This document shows, in pieces, positions 28,501 through 39,033 of a stretch of DNA of 64,000 nucleotides. Position 1 is the first letter of the stretch. The number at the start of each line of letters is the position of its first letter. The notes under the pieces are model-generated. The model worked only from the letters and a program-made list of their open reading frames with translations. It ran no database searches and had not been told where the DNA came from. The DNA lies in the NCBI GenBank assembly GCA_965279035.1, contig OZ257142.1, positions 2,048,001 through 2,112,000 on the forward strand, written 5' to 3'. The stretch comes from Bacteroidia bacterium (GTDB lineage: Bacteria; Bacteroidota; Bacteroidia; M30B66). The translations under genes were made by a program, and so were the position numbers.

Positions 28501-29538
28501 TCAATTATTAAGAATGTTTTTTCTGATTGCATTCATTCTTTTAGATAAAGGAAATTCATTCATAATTCGATTTCTACATAGATTAGAATTGTCAATTGTT
28601 GGTTCAGGAAGATTCTTAATTAATTCAACTAATTGATTTTTATTTTTATGTTTTAATATATAACCAGTTTCACCAATTATTTTTGGTATTGCTGCAACAT
28701 TGCTCCCAATGGGAATACAACCACACAACATCGCTTCACAAATTGCATTTGGAAACCCTTCTGAAATTGATAATTGCATGTAGTATTGGTGTTTCTTAAA
28801 TAACTGATTTAGTAAATCGTGATCAGCAAAATTTACTAGTCGAATATTATTGGGGACTTCAATATCAAATGAAAAACGGTTATTACCAACAATTGTAAAT
28901 GAATATAACGGAAATGCTTTTGCTGCTTCAATTACAAGATCAAGTCCTTTCAATATAAATCTTCTATATTCTTCAGACCCCGCAGCAACAGATATAAAGG
29001 AATTCGGTTCTTTTATTAATTCAATTTTCCAATCATCAGCTGAATAACCATTATGTATTACTTCAAATTTTGCCTTTGTATTCGGACAATATTGAAGAAT
29101 TCCTTGAAATTGATTTTGCTCTAAATCATATGTGTTTTGAGTTTGAATGAGTGATTCATCCACAGGCCAAATATCACTGCATAAATTAAAACTCCAACGA
29201 GTGAATGTTCCTAGCAATTTATTTTGGAAATTTCCATAATTGAGTTTTGGGAAACTAACACAGTCAGTTCCTCCCGCAATGATTATACATCTTTTACCAA
29301 TTATTTTTGAAAATAAAGTGGGTAGAAAAGTATGATATCCTCCAAACATGCAGATTAATACATCACTTCTCCAAATATTTATAAGAAGAAAAAGTTTTTG
29401 TTTAATGAAACTGACTGGAGTTTTCCATTTAGCAGAAGGAGCAAAAATAGATACATCAACTTTTGCGAAATCTTTCAATAATTCGATATCCTTCTTAACA
29501 AATGAAGGAGTAGAAGTGCAGAAATAAAGAATTCGCAT
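28501..29538 (-). CDS. glycosyltransferase family 4
   Basis: FVKKDIELL, KGLDL, SEGFPNAICEAMLCGCIPIGSNV. Confidence 0.9.
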   Translation of the reverse strand: MRILYFCTSTPSFVKKDIELLKDFAKVDVSIFAPSAKWKTPVSFIKQKLFLLINIWRSDVLICMFGGYHTFLPTLFSKIIGKRCIIIAGGTDCVSFPKLNYGNFQNKLLGTFTRWSFNLCSDIWPVDESLIQTQNTYDLEQNQFQGILQYCPNTKAKFEVIHNGYSADDWKIELIKEPNSFISVAAGSEEYRRFILKGLDLVIEAAKAFPLYSFTIVGNNRFSFDIEVPNNIRLVNFADHDLLNQLFKKHQYYMQLSISEGFPNAICEAMLCGCIPIGSNVAAIPKIIGETGYILKHKNKNQLVELIKNLPEPTIDNSNLCRNRIMNEFPLSKRMNAIRKNILNN

Positions 29539-29546
29539 AAAAATTA

Positions 29547-30272
29547 TTAATTAAATGCCCTAAACCATTCAATCAACTTAAGTTTATACTTTGATTGCTT
29601 GGGCATCGACTTATAACTACGTTTTACTGAAAATAATATCCAATTATAATCCGGTTCAACAGTAAATAATGAATAGCGTTCATAAATTTCAATCATCAAA
29701 GGAGTATTTTCAATCGCTTTAGCGAAGTCTTCTATATAAAGAGATTGATCAATGATTTGTAATAATTGGGGAGCAGAAGCACGCACATAATTTAAAGATA
29801 TAGGATCAGGAATATGAATCGCAATCTTAGTTCCTTCATGTATTGCATTCGATAATAGTTTAAAAATGGCATTATGCTGCTCTTTAGGAATATGCTCTAG
29901 AACATCTGGAAATATAATAAAGTCAAACTTACCATTGGGTTTGAAATCCGACATATCAGAAACGATGTATTGAATGTGTTTCTGATTTTCAGTTCTTTTT
30001 TTTGCAATTTCAATGCTTTCCGGACTAATATCGGCAGCTATCAATTCACCATCTTTTAAGTAAGCTCCTAACAATCCTGTAAGCGTTCCTATTCCACAAC
30101 CAACTTCAAGAACTCTATGATTGGATTTTAATCCTGCTTTTTTTAGACGTTGAAGAATCGTATAATGACGAATATGAACACCTGTGTTTTGCTGTTGTGT
30201 ACTAAATTGATCGTAGTATTCTGAAACGTTAGTTCCCACAATATTAATTTTTGACAAATCTAAAGTATTCAT
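29547..30272 (-). CDS. class I SAM-dependent methyltransferase
   Basis: VLEVGCGIG, ADISPESI, FDFIIFPDVLEHIP. Confidence 0.9.
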   Translation of the reverse strand: MNTLDLSKINIVGTNVSEYYDQFSTQQQNTGVHIRHYTILQRLKKAGLKSNHRVLEVGCGIGTLTGLLGAYLKDGELIAADISPESIEIAKKRTENQKHIQYIVSDMSDFKPNGKFDFIIFPDVLEHIPKEQHNAIFKLLSNAIHEGTKIAIHIPDPISLNYVRASAPQLLQIIDQSLYIEDFAKAIENTPLMIEIYERYSLFTVEPDYNWILFSVKRSYKSMPKQSKYKLKLIEWFRAFN

Positions 30273-30464
30273 TGATTTATTTGAGTACGATTTAGGAATC
30301 CAATCTCTTTAATAAGAAAAACGATTTAGTTTAAATAGTTGATTTGTGATTTGCAATAAACTTAAAATAGGCTTGAATGAATTATTTGCTTTTTTTTTAA
30401 CTGATGTTTGTAGTTTGTAATACAAAAATTCTATTTTTGATAATTAAACTAACCTTAACCTAAA

Positions 30465-33137
30465 ATGAAAAAACTCCTAACTTTATTTTTAGGCTGTTCT
30501 CTTGCAATAAATGCAATAGCTCAGCTTGAAAACGATCCTGCCATAATTGCTTTTTATCCTTTCAATGGAAATGGAAATGATATCTCAGGCAATGGATTTA
30601 ATGCAACGCTCAATGGCCCCTCGAATTATTCAAATGATCGAAATGGAAATTCGAATTCAGCCTTTTCTTTCGATGGTTCTAGTAATTATTTTACTATAAA
30701 TAATGTAAATAGCACATTTAAGCCAACTCAATTTCCCGTTTCAATTAGTACTTGGATTCGAATTCCTCAGAATTATCAAGGTGTTTTTACTTTCTTTAAA
30801 AATGATTTTGCTCAAAATATCTATTCAGGTATAAGAGGGACTGTCATTTCATCTGGTGTAATTACAATTGGTTTAGAAAATGGAGGTCCTATTGGTTCTG
30901 GTTCAAGAAGAACTAAAACAGGAACAACTAATATTAAAGATGGACAATGGCATCTCATAACCTGTGTAATCAGAGGTTTTAGTAACATGGACATTTTTGT
31001 TGATTGCCACAATGATGGTGGTGCCTATTCTGGTGGAGCAAATACTTTGTTTTACGGAGCTCAAAACTCAGGTATTATTGGGGCTTATGATGGAGTATTA
31101 GGAAATACCGGATTGGACTATGCATTAGGTGATATTGACCAACTAATCTTTATTGGAAGAGAATTAACATTAAGTGAAATCCAAACTTTGTATTTTAATC
31201 AAACAGCTTCTATTACAGGTGAAACAGTAATTTGCCCAAATAGTAGTACAACTTTAACTGCTCATGGAGGTACTTCCTATTTATGGGATAATGGTTCAAC
31301 AGATGCTCAAAGAATTATATCTAATACTGGAATATATCATGTAACAGTATTAAATAATGGATCATGTTCAAGAGATTTATATGTAGAAGTAACTCAAGCA
31401 AACGTTTCCCCTCTCCTCATTTCAGCAAACACTCCAACTAGCTTTTGCCTAGGTGGTTCTGTTCAACTCAATGTAAATGCTGATGGTGGTTTTCATTGGA
31501 ATGATGGTTCTACTCAAAATCCAAGAACTGTTTCTAGCACTGGAGATTATTACGTAACAGCCAACGAAGGATGTACAAATGTATCTAACTCCATTCATGT
31601 TCAAGTGTATGATAATCCGGCTCAACCAACTATTACTCCTTCAGGTCCTTTGAGTTTTATTCAAGGTGGATCTGTAGTATTAAGTTCATCCAGTGCTGCT
31701 GCTTATTTATGGAATCCAGGATCTCAATCTTCAGCACAAATTGAAGTTACTACAACCGGTGATTTTTCAGTTCAAATTACCAATGAACATGGTTGTCATG
31801 CTACATCTCAAGCGGTTCATGTTTCTGTTTTACCAGATGTGCCTCCTGTAAATTCTAGCTGTACTGCTGTAGAAGTAATGAGTTATAATCCAAAGAAACG
31901 CAATGATGGTACTTTCTTACTACCTTCTCGTACTATTTCTTCTAAAGCTTTAGGACTAGCTCAAAATTCTGATTCTCCAAGTACTGAAGAACTATTTAAT
32001 GCTGTTGCTCTTGGTTTTGGTGGTGATATCACTGTTCGCATGAGCGGTAAAATTGCCAATGGTCTTGGAACCGATTTTAAAGTGTTCGAAACAACATTTA
32101 ATCCCGATGCAGGAAATTGCAGTCGTTACCCTGAACGTATTCAGGCTTATGCATCACAAGATAATTGCCATTGGGTATATTTAGGTGATGGTTGCCAAGA
32201 TGCAGAATTTGACCTTGGGGAATTAAATTGGGCAGAGTACATCCGTTTGGTTGATATTAGTCCGATTGATGCAGCATATAACAATCAAGTGGCCGATGGT
32301 TATGATGTAGATGGTATTGAGTGTTTACATGGATATACCGATTCTCCAATTGTTCAAGATCTTGGAGCTGATTATGCAACTCAATTAGTTAGCGCAAATC
32401 AGTTGTTACGTAAAAATGGAACCGCTGTGACATTAGCTCGTTCGGATGCTTCTAAAGCTCTTGGAGCCCCTCAATACACAAATTCAATAAATTTCTTCTC
32501 TCTTGGTTTTGGAGGAAGCATTACATTGAAATTGGGTTATGCTGTTTTTAACAAAGACGGGAATGATCTAAAAGTTGTAGAAACATCATTTGGCAATCCA
32601 GTATGTGATAATTATCCTGAAAAAGCCAATGTGGAAGTTTCTCTCAATGGCTCCGATTGGTTCGATTTAGGTCAAATTTGTTTAGATGGTGGAGTTGATT
32701 TCTTAACGCAAGGTGTTAATGTAGCTCAATATGTTCGCATTACCGATCATTCAGCTTCTTCTAATTTTAATGCTGCTGCTGATGGTTATGATGTAGATGG
32801 TATAGTAGTTCTTCAACCAGGTTGCAGTAATACCAATACTTCTGCTCGTATAACTGATGATATTTGGACAAAAGATGAAACTGCAATGATTTCTGTAAAT
32901 CAATCTTTTACAAAAGATTTTGCAACTCTTCAGATTCAAACTAGTGATGTTGCAGAAAAAATGACGATAGAACTTATCTCTATAACTGGACAAAAAATAA
33001 ACACAATCCAGTTGTCTTTAGATGCGAATTCAACATCACAACAATCAATTGATCTTAGCTCTTTGTCTAGTGGTATTTACATGGTATCTGTTAAAAGTTC
33101 TACTGGAATTGAAACATTTAAGTTGATAAAACAATAA
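30465..33137 (+). CDS. T9SS type A sorting domain protein: LamG domain, Ig-like repeats and two tandem ~162-aa beta domains
   Basis: Signal peptide, FYPFNGNGNDISGNG, DGQWHLIT, YLW repeats, duplicated LGFGG...DGYDVDGI, CTD IDLSSLSSGIYMVSV..FKLIKQ. Confidence 0.85.
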   Translation: MKKLLTLFLGCSLAINAIAQLENDPAIIAFYPFNGNGNDISGNGFNATLNGPSNYSNDRNGNSNSAFSFDGSSNYFTINNVNSTFKPTQFPVSISTWIRIPQNYQGVFTFFKNDFAQNIYSGIRGTVISSGVITIGLENGGPIGSGSRRTKTGTTNIKDGQWHLITCVIRGFSNMDIFVDCHNDGGAYSGGANTLFYGAQNSGIIGAYDGVLGNTGLDYALGDIDQLIFIGRELTLSEIQTLYFNQTASITGETVICPNSSTTLTAHGGTSYLWDNGSTDAQRIISNTGIYHVTVLNNGSCSRDLYVEVTQANVSPLLISANTPTSFCLGGSVQLNVNADGGFHWNDGSTQNPRTVSSTGDYYVTANEGCTNVSNSIHVQVYDNPAQPTITPSGPLSFIQGGSVVLSSSSAAAYLWNPGSQSSAQIEVTTTGDFSVQITNEHGCHATSQAVHVSVLPDVPPVNSSCTAVEVMSYNPKKRNDGTFLLPSRTISSKALGLAQNSDSPSTEELFNAVALGFGGDITVRMSGKIANGLGTDFKVFETTFNPDAGNCSRYPERIQAYASQDNCHWVYLGDGCQDAEFDLGELNWAEYIRLVDISPIDAAYNNQVADGYDVDGIECLHGYTDSPIVQDLGADYATQLVSANQLLRKNGTAVTLARSDASKALGAPQYTNSINFFSLGFGGSITLKLGYAVFNKDGNDLKVVETSFGNPVCDNYPEKANVEVSLNGSDWFDLGQICLDGGVDFLTQGVNVAQYVRITDHSASSNFNAAADGYDVDGIVVLQPGCSNTNTSARITDDIWTKDETAMISVNQSFTKDFATLQIQTSDVAEKMTIELISITGQKINTIQLSLDANSTSQQSIDLSSLSSGIYMVSVKSSTGIETFKLIKQ

Positions 33138-33155
33138 TTCAAACAACAGAAATTG

Positions 33156-33188
33156 AAAAGCCGCTTTCCAAAAGAGAGCGGCTTTTTT
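33156..33188. terminator. bidirectional intrinsic terminator
   Basis: AAAAGCCGCTTTC-CAAAA-GAGAGCGGCTTTTTT between convergent genes. Confidence 0.85.
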
Positions 33189-33191
33189 AAT

Positions 33192-34511
33192 TTATTTCAA
33201 TATTAACTTATCGAATAAATTGACCATTTTCCCAGTAAGCGTCTTCCTTGAAAATCTTTCATCAGCATGAATTGTTTGAATTTCATTACGCATTTCAAAC
33301 ATCGATTTTAACCCAGCATACATGGCTTCCGTTTTTCCAAAGCCAATAATTCGATGAATTGGATTTGCAGCTAAAACTTCAGCTGCTTGTCCATCTTCAG
33401 GTCCAATCATCAATATTGGTTTTTGTGCGGCTAAGTATTCAAACAATTTACCAGTCAACGTTGCTTTGGGAGAAAAGAATCCATTTTCTTCTGCACCATA
33501 ATTATTGATCGATAGAAGCAATACCGATGCACTTTTTTGTTCTGCAATAATTTCGGCATGAGGCATATAATCAACCCATTCGGTACATTCGTCTAAGCCA
33601 TTTAATTCGATACTTTTTCTGACCGAAATATCGTTTTTACCTATCAGTCGAATGCGACAGGCCGATTTAAATTCAGGTAGCTCTTTTCGAAGTTTTGCAA
33701 TGCTTTCCCATAATTCAGGATGATTACGTCGATCATTCAAACTACCCGTATGAACAATACTAAAAAATTGATCTTTTCGAAGAAGATTATCAGGTATTTC
33801 AAAATCATCCGGATCATAACCATTGGTGATCACATCAACTGGTCGATTGGTTTTACTACGAAACTCTTCTGCCATTAATTCACTTACAACAACTATCTGA
33901 TCGGCGCTTTGAAGCACTTTCCCTTCTAATCGAATATTCTTGTTTTTTGCCCAAGTACTCATCGACAAATCTCCTGCAAAATCAATATTCACCCAAGGAT
34001 CCCGAAAATCAGCCAGCCAAGGAATTCCTGTCTTTTTTTTCAGCCCTAAACCTATTAGATGCATGCTATGTGGAGGTCCTGTAGAAACAATCAAGTCAAC
34101 CTGATTCTCCTTAAGCCACTGATTTAAATAATTAATCGAAGGACGAATCCAAAAACGACGTGCATCGGGTATAAAAACATTTCCTCGAAGCCAAATAGAA
34201 AGCCGATGTCCTAAACTTTTCTTTCCGTTTTCTTGTAAAAATCCTGAAACAACTCGTTGATCTTTTTTCTGTCCAATCACCTTTTTATAAAGCTGATAAG
34301 GCTCCCAAATGGGTTGTTTTAAAATGGTAATTCCTTCTGGTATATCTTTAAAAAAAGATTCATCCAATACAGGATATTCACCATTTAAGGCTGTATATAC
34401 AATGGGTTCCCAACCGAATTCTCGCAAATATTTAACGAACTTAAGCCAACGCTGAACACCTGCTCCTCCTGATGGCGGCCAATAATAAGTGAGAATCAAG
34501 ACTTTTTTCAC
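33192..34511 (-). CDS. glycosyltransferase family 4
   Basis: YYWPPSGGAGVQRWLKFVKYL, FIPDARRFW, TGPPHSMH, ADFRDPW, TGKLFEYL. Confidence 0.9.
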   Translation of the reverse strand: MKKVLILTYYWPPSGGAGVQRWLKFVKYLREFGWEPIVYTALNGEYPVLDESFFKDIPEGITILKQPIWEPYQLYKKVIGQKKDQRVVSGFLQENGKKSLGHRLSIWLRGNVFIPDARRFWIRPSINYLNQWLKENQVDLIVSTGPPHSMHLIGLGLKKKTGIPWLADFRDPWVNIDFAGDLSMSTWAKNKNIRLEGKVLQSADQIVVVSELMAEEFRSKTNRPVDVITNGYDPDDFEIPDNLLRKDQFFSIVHTGSLNDRRNHPELWESIAKLRKELPEFKSACRIRLIGKNDISVRKSIELNGLDECTEWVDYMPHAEIIAEQKSASVLLLSINNYGAEENGFFSPKATLTGKLFEYLAAQKPILMIGPEDGQAAEVLAANPIHRIIGFGKTEAMYAGLKSMFEMRNEIQTIHADERFSRKTLTGKMVNLFDKLILK

Positions 34512-34593
34512 AAATGCAAATATGCAGTTTGCATGGGAGATGACAAGCTAAACCAATGGTAAAAATGACTCTTCAATTGGTTTTATAATTGAA

Positions 34594-34870
34594 AACCTTG
34601 ACACATCCGACTGTTTTCGGGTTGCAATTAAACAGCAATTATTTTTCGACCATTTGCCGACTAATCCAACTATTGATTTGCTTTTCTCTTTCAAAGCAAC
34701 AAATTAGTTAGTATATAACTCAATAAACTGGATATTCAAATCACCAACATCCCATATAATTAGTAATACACTTATGAATTTTATCTTGGATATTATAGAT
34801 TCGCATACACACAAAGTTCAAACTTGATTAAAGAAATGCATTCGATTAGATGAATAAAACTAAGGATACG
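34594..34870 (-). pseudogene. decayed second copy of the GIY-YIG nuclease + pseudo-tRNA unit
   Basis: 34594-34641 matches 37256-37303 at 39/48 nt ungapped; adjacent minus strand reads (AL)KREKQINSWISRQMVEK vs [19 protein letters not shown] in the other copy; the boundary near 34870 is approximate. Confidence 0.7.
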
Positions 34871-35216
34871 AATTCCTCAAAATCCCGAAATACAAGGCTT
34901 AGCTGGCGTATATTATTAGTAGTCGTTTAATTGAAATCTATTTTACCTTCTTTGCCCATAAAATTAATTTGAATGTGATCAGATACTGTAATCTGTTGAT
35001 AGGATATTTTATTAGTTTCAAATCGAATGCTTTTTATCGAATATTTTGAACCATGCTTAAAAGGCTCAAAACTAAGTTTAAATCCTTCGGATGAAGAAAA
35101 TGTTCTATTTCCCAATTTAGTAAAACCACATTTTAATAGTAGTTTACTATAATAATCGAATTCAATTTCATTTGTATAAAAAACAATTTCCGTAAATCTT
35201 TTTAGATATTTATTTT

Positions 35217-36600
35217 CACTAGTGTCCGATAAAAACTCAATATGAGAATTTTTCACTATGAAAGTGTTGATTATACTGGAATGATTTCTCTGTTTTAAAA
35301 AGTAAGCCCCCCTTTTCATGATGTATTAAATTTCAATTGAAGTTGAGTGTCAACTTCTTTTAGCCAGTCTTTTTCTGGGTTCTCAAGGAATTTAATTAGG
35401 TGAATATAATTGAACAGATGCAATCTACAGAAGCTTGCAAGGTTTGAGAATGCCCATTTACGCTTGAGTTTTCTGTGAATAACGCTTAAGAGTAAATTAA
35501 CTATTAAAGTGCACCAGATTTGGATTTTAATAGCATTCTCATTGTCTCCTAGAAAATATTTTAATGGGAAGTTTTGTTTTAATTGTTTGAATAACAACTC
35601 GATTTGCCATCGTTTTTTATAAATCAATGCAATGTGTCCAGCATTCATTCCGAACAGATTCGTTAAAAACTCAAAACAGCGTTTATTTTCGTCATCCCAA
35701 TAAGCTATACGCCTTAATTCTGTTGTTTTTAAATACTTTCCATTTTCCTTTACATCAACACGAATGATTTCATCTTTTAGAACTCCATTATCAATATAAG
35801 GTGGGATTTCATTTTCAGAAACAGATTCATAAACTGCGTTCGATTTTAAACGGGTTACAAAGAACCTCTCATTTTTGGTGAATTCATCGAAGACCTTGTA
35901 ATCATTATATCCTTTATCAAAAACTGCGATTCGCCCTTTTTCTAATTTAAAGTATTTCAGAAACTGACGATCGTTTGTTGTTGCTGCTGAGAACCAAACC
36001 AATTTAGGTACTCTTTCTTGAAGACTAATTTGTGTATGAACCTTAATGCCGCCCTTTCTTTTTCCATTGGCAGGTTCTCTTCCTACACAACTCAATATAT
36101 CCTTAAAAAGACCAATGGTGGTTGAATCAAATATATCCAATAACCTTTCCCAGCTGTAATTATATCGGCTGTCCGAGATAAATGGTCCAAACCATAATAG
36201 ATATCCTGAAATACCAAATGGCTCCTTCGCTGGTTTGCATCACCTAAAGTGCTTTTATATGGAATATGCTTAAGTTGAAAATGATTGGTTTTGCCCTTTA
36301 ATCCGAGCATTGAACCTGCGACTTCGCGCAAAGAAGTGCAATTAGCAAATGTTGAGAAGAGCATACTTATCAGATGATCAGAAGTATCAAACTTCTTCAC
36401 GTAATGATCTGACATATGCTTTTTAACAACTGAAGTGATAATTCTAATATCTATTAAAGAAATCAGCTGTCCGAAAACCGACTGTCCAAAAAAGTAGTTA
36501 CTTTTATTCATGTAATTTATGTTCGCAAAACCAAATTACAACAAAGCGGGACAACCTAATTGGAAGTCCCGCTTTCAAAATGTTTTATCGGACACTAGTG
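35217..36600 (-). mobile_element. IS4 family insertion sequence, 1384 bp
   Basis: 18-bp terminal inverted repeats CACTAGTGTCCGATAAAA; 9-bp direct repeats ATTTATTTT at 35208-35216 and 36601-36609. Confidence 0.93.
35316..36511 (-). pseudogene. IS4 family DDE transposase (DUF4372-like N-terminus), frameshifted near 36185
   Basis: Frame 1 MNKSNYFFGQSVFGQL...DIYYGL; frame 2 FISDSRYNYSWERLLDIFDSTTIGLF...FDKGYNDY...YKKRWQIELLFKQLKQ (YREK motif). Confidence 0.88.
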
Positions 36601-37200
36601 ATTTATTTTCTCTTTTCTCATCATGTTGTTTTAAGTATTGTATTCGACTGACAGAATCCCCTATTGTTTTCAACTGGTTAAATGAAAAATAATCCTTCTC
36701 ATATTCCATAATCCAAAATCCAATATTGGATTTTGAAAAGAATATAGAATCATTAATATACAATGCCTTAAACCATGGTATCAATGTATCAGATACTTTT
36801 CTGTCTTTTATTTCTATTTTAGTTATGTAATCTTCAGTAAATTTTTTTTGTAGAATTAATAAATCTCCGATATGATCAGCACTCAAAGCTATAGCACTAC
36901 TTCCTGTTTTATGTTCTGAAGCTGAGGGGGCAAAGATTTCTAAATAATTAATATCTCCAAATATATATGCTCCTATCCATGACATATAACTTGTAGTAGA
37001 TTTTTTAGTAAAGAAACCAGAAAACTCATTTTTAATAAATTCTGAGTTTATCAGTGCTGAATAGTCAGCTGAATCCAATACTAAAAAGCAATGATTGAAT
37101 TGCATCTTTGGAGTTTGACCGAAACAAACTGCAGTTTTTAATAAAATAGTTAAGAGTATTATTTTTTTCATCAAAGTCATCTAAGGCCTAAAATACCTAA

Positions 37201-37538
<338 letters not shown>

Positions 37539-37560
37539 ATTGTATTTAAATATATCAAAT

Positions 37561-37590
37561 AAAAAAAGCCCCACGAGTGTGAGGCTTTTT
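37561..37590 (-). terminator. intrinsic terminator of tRNA-Val
   Basis: AAAAAGCCTCAC-ACTC-GTGGGGCTTTTTTT directly 3' of the tRNA. Confidence 0.8.
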
Positions 37591-37592
37591 AG

Positions 37593-37667
37593 TGGGAGCT
37601 ACTGGGTTCGAACCAGTGACCCTCTGCTTGTAAGGCAGATGCTCTGAACCAGCTGAGCTAAGCTCCC
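37593..37667 (-). tRNA. tRNA-Val (anticodon TAC), CCA not encoded
   Basis: GGGAGCTTAGCTCAGCTGGTTCAGAGCATCTGCCTTACAAGCAGAGGGTCACTGGTTCGAACCCAGTAGCTCCCA forms a full cloverleaf; promoter TATATTTG at 37700-37693. Confidence 0.97.
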
Positions 37668-37740
37668 TTGATGTTTCTAGTGAAACGGGCTGCAAATATA
37701 CCTGCTTAACGATTACATGCAAATTTATTTTGCAGAATTT

Positions 37741-39033
37741 TTAAATTATTTCAGCAACCACAAACGTACTACCCCCAATTATTATCATATCTCCTTGTTT
37801 TGCAGCTCGTTTTGCTGCATTCAATGCACTACGAACACTCGAATATTTTTTTCCAACTAAACCAATTTCTCCTGCTTTACTCGCTAAAATATCGGTTTCT
37901 AATGCTCTTGGAAGCTTGGCTCGACAGAAATAATACCTAGCATCGGTCGGTAATAACTTTAAAATGGTAGAAACATCTTTATCTCCAACCATTCCCAAAA
38001 CCCAATGCAGCTTACTAAATTTTGAATAGTTTATTTGGTTAAGAATTTCTTTTATTCCAGCTTCATTATGTCCCGTATCAGCTACAATCAAAGGATTTTG
38101 TTGGAGAATATCCCATCTTCCTCGAAGTCCAGTATTTTCCTTTGTGTTTTCAATTCCAGCTAATACTGCTTCATCTTTTAGTTTCCAACCAATCTTTCTA
38201 AGTTGTGAAACAGATGCTAAAATGCCTTGGATATTTTTCACTTGATACAATCCTGGTAAGGCGCTTTTTAGTTTGATGTTCCGATTCTCCCATTGAACTT
38301 TTAACTCTAAAAGCATTCTTCCCTTTTTTTCAAGGAAATCCTTGCTAATAACATGCACTTCATCCTCTGCAAAAACAATTTCTGCCTGTTCGTTTTTTGC
38401 CTTTTGAAGAAATACGTCTCTCGATTCCTGTTGTCGCTCACTTATTACAACGACCGTTTGGGGTTTGATAATTCCAGCTTTCTCAGCAGCAATTTTTTCC
38501 AATGTATCTCCCAATAAATCCATGTGATCGAAGCTGATATTGGTTATCAAACTTAAATCTGGACGAATTACATTGGTCGAATCTAATCTTCCTCCTAAAC
38601 CTGTTTCTATAATAGCAATATCCACCTTTTTCTCTGCAAAATACTGAAAGGCGAGTGCAACATTCATTTCGAAAAATGATGGCTTGATTTCCTCAAACAA
38701 TGCCCGATTATTTTCAACAAATCGAATAACTCGAGCTTTTGAAATGGGCTTTCCATCAATGCGAATTCGTTCTCTAAAATCTTTTAAATGGGGAGAAGTA
38801 AATAATCCTGTTTTATAACCAGCTTCTTGAAAAATGGAAGCCAGCATATGCGAAGAAGAACCTTTCCCATTGGTTCCAGCAATATGCACCGATTTAAACG
38901 ACAGATGCGGATTACCTAGCGCTTCACATAAATGGGTAATGTTATCTAAATTCGCTTTATATGCTGCTTTACCAACACGAGTAAAAGCAGGCAGTTGGCT
39001 GAATAAATATTCCAGCGTTTGCCTGTACGTCAT
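37741..39033 (-). CDS. folC: bifunctional folylpolyglutamate synthase/dihydrofolate synthase
   Basis: HIAGTNGKGS, FTSPHLKDFRERI, ETGLGGRLDSTN, EKAGIIK, DTGHNEAG. Confidence 0.96.
   Translation of the reverse strand: MTYRQTLEYLFSQLPAFTRVGKAAYKANLDNITHLCEALGNPHLSFKSVHIAGTNGKGSSSHMLASIFQEAGYKTGLFTSPHLKDFRERIRIDGKPISKARVIRFVENNRALFEEIKPSFFEMNVALAFQYFAEKKVDIAIIETGLGGRLDSTNVIRPDLSLITNISFDHMDLLGDTLEKIAAEKAGIIKPQTVVVISERQQESRDVFLQKAKNEQAEIVFAEDEVHVISKDFLEKKGRMLLELKVQWENRNIKLKSALPGLYQVKNIQGILASVSQLRKIGWKLKDEAVLAGIENTKENTGLRGRWDILQQNPLIVADTGHNEAGIKEILNQINYSKFSKLHWVLGMVGDKDVSTILKLLPTDARYYFCRAKLPRALETDILASKAGEIGLVGKKYSSVRSALNAAKRAAKQGDMIIIGGSTFVVAEII

Larger units (their letters stand above)
34927..37180 (-). 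pseudogene. secreted protein (DUF5829-like) interrupted by an IS4 element
   Basis: Joining 37180-36601 to 35207-34927 gives an 861-bp in-frame ORF (...HDEKRENK-YLKRFTEIVF...); signal peptide, FNHCFLVLDS, WIGAYIFGDINYLEIF. Confidence 0.85.

Noticed and set aside
35217-35319. N-terminus of the 130-aa ORF 34927-35319 as a real gene start
   Set aside because: It lies inside the IS end; the remainder is the C-terminal part of the interrupted gene.
36092-36200. Programmed ribosomal frameshift in the transposase
   Set aside because: No slippery heptamer is visible at the junction, IS4 transposases are normally one ORF, and several residues appear to be missing.
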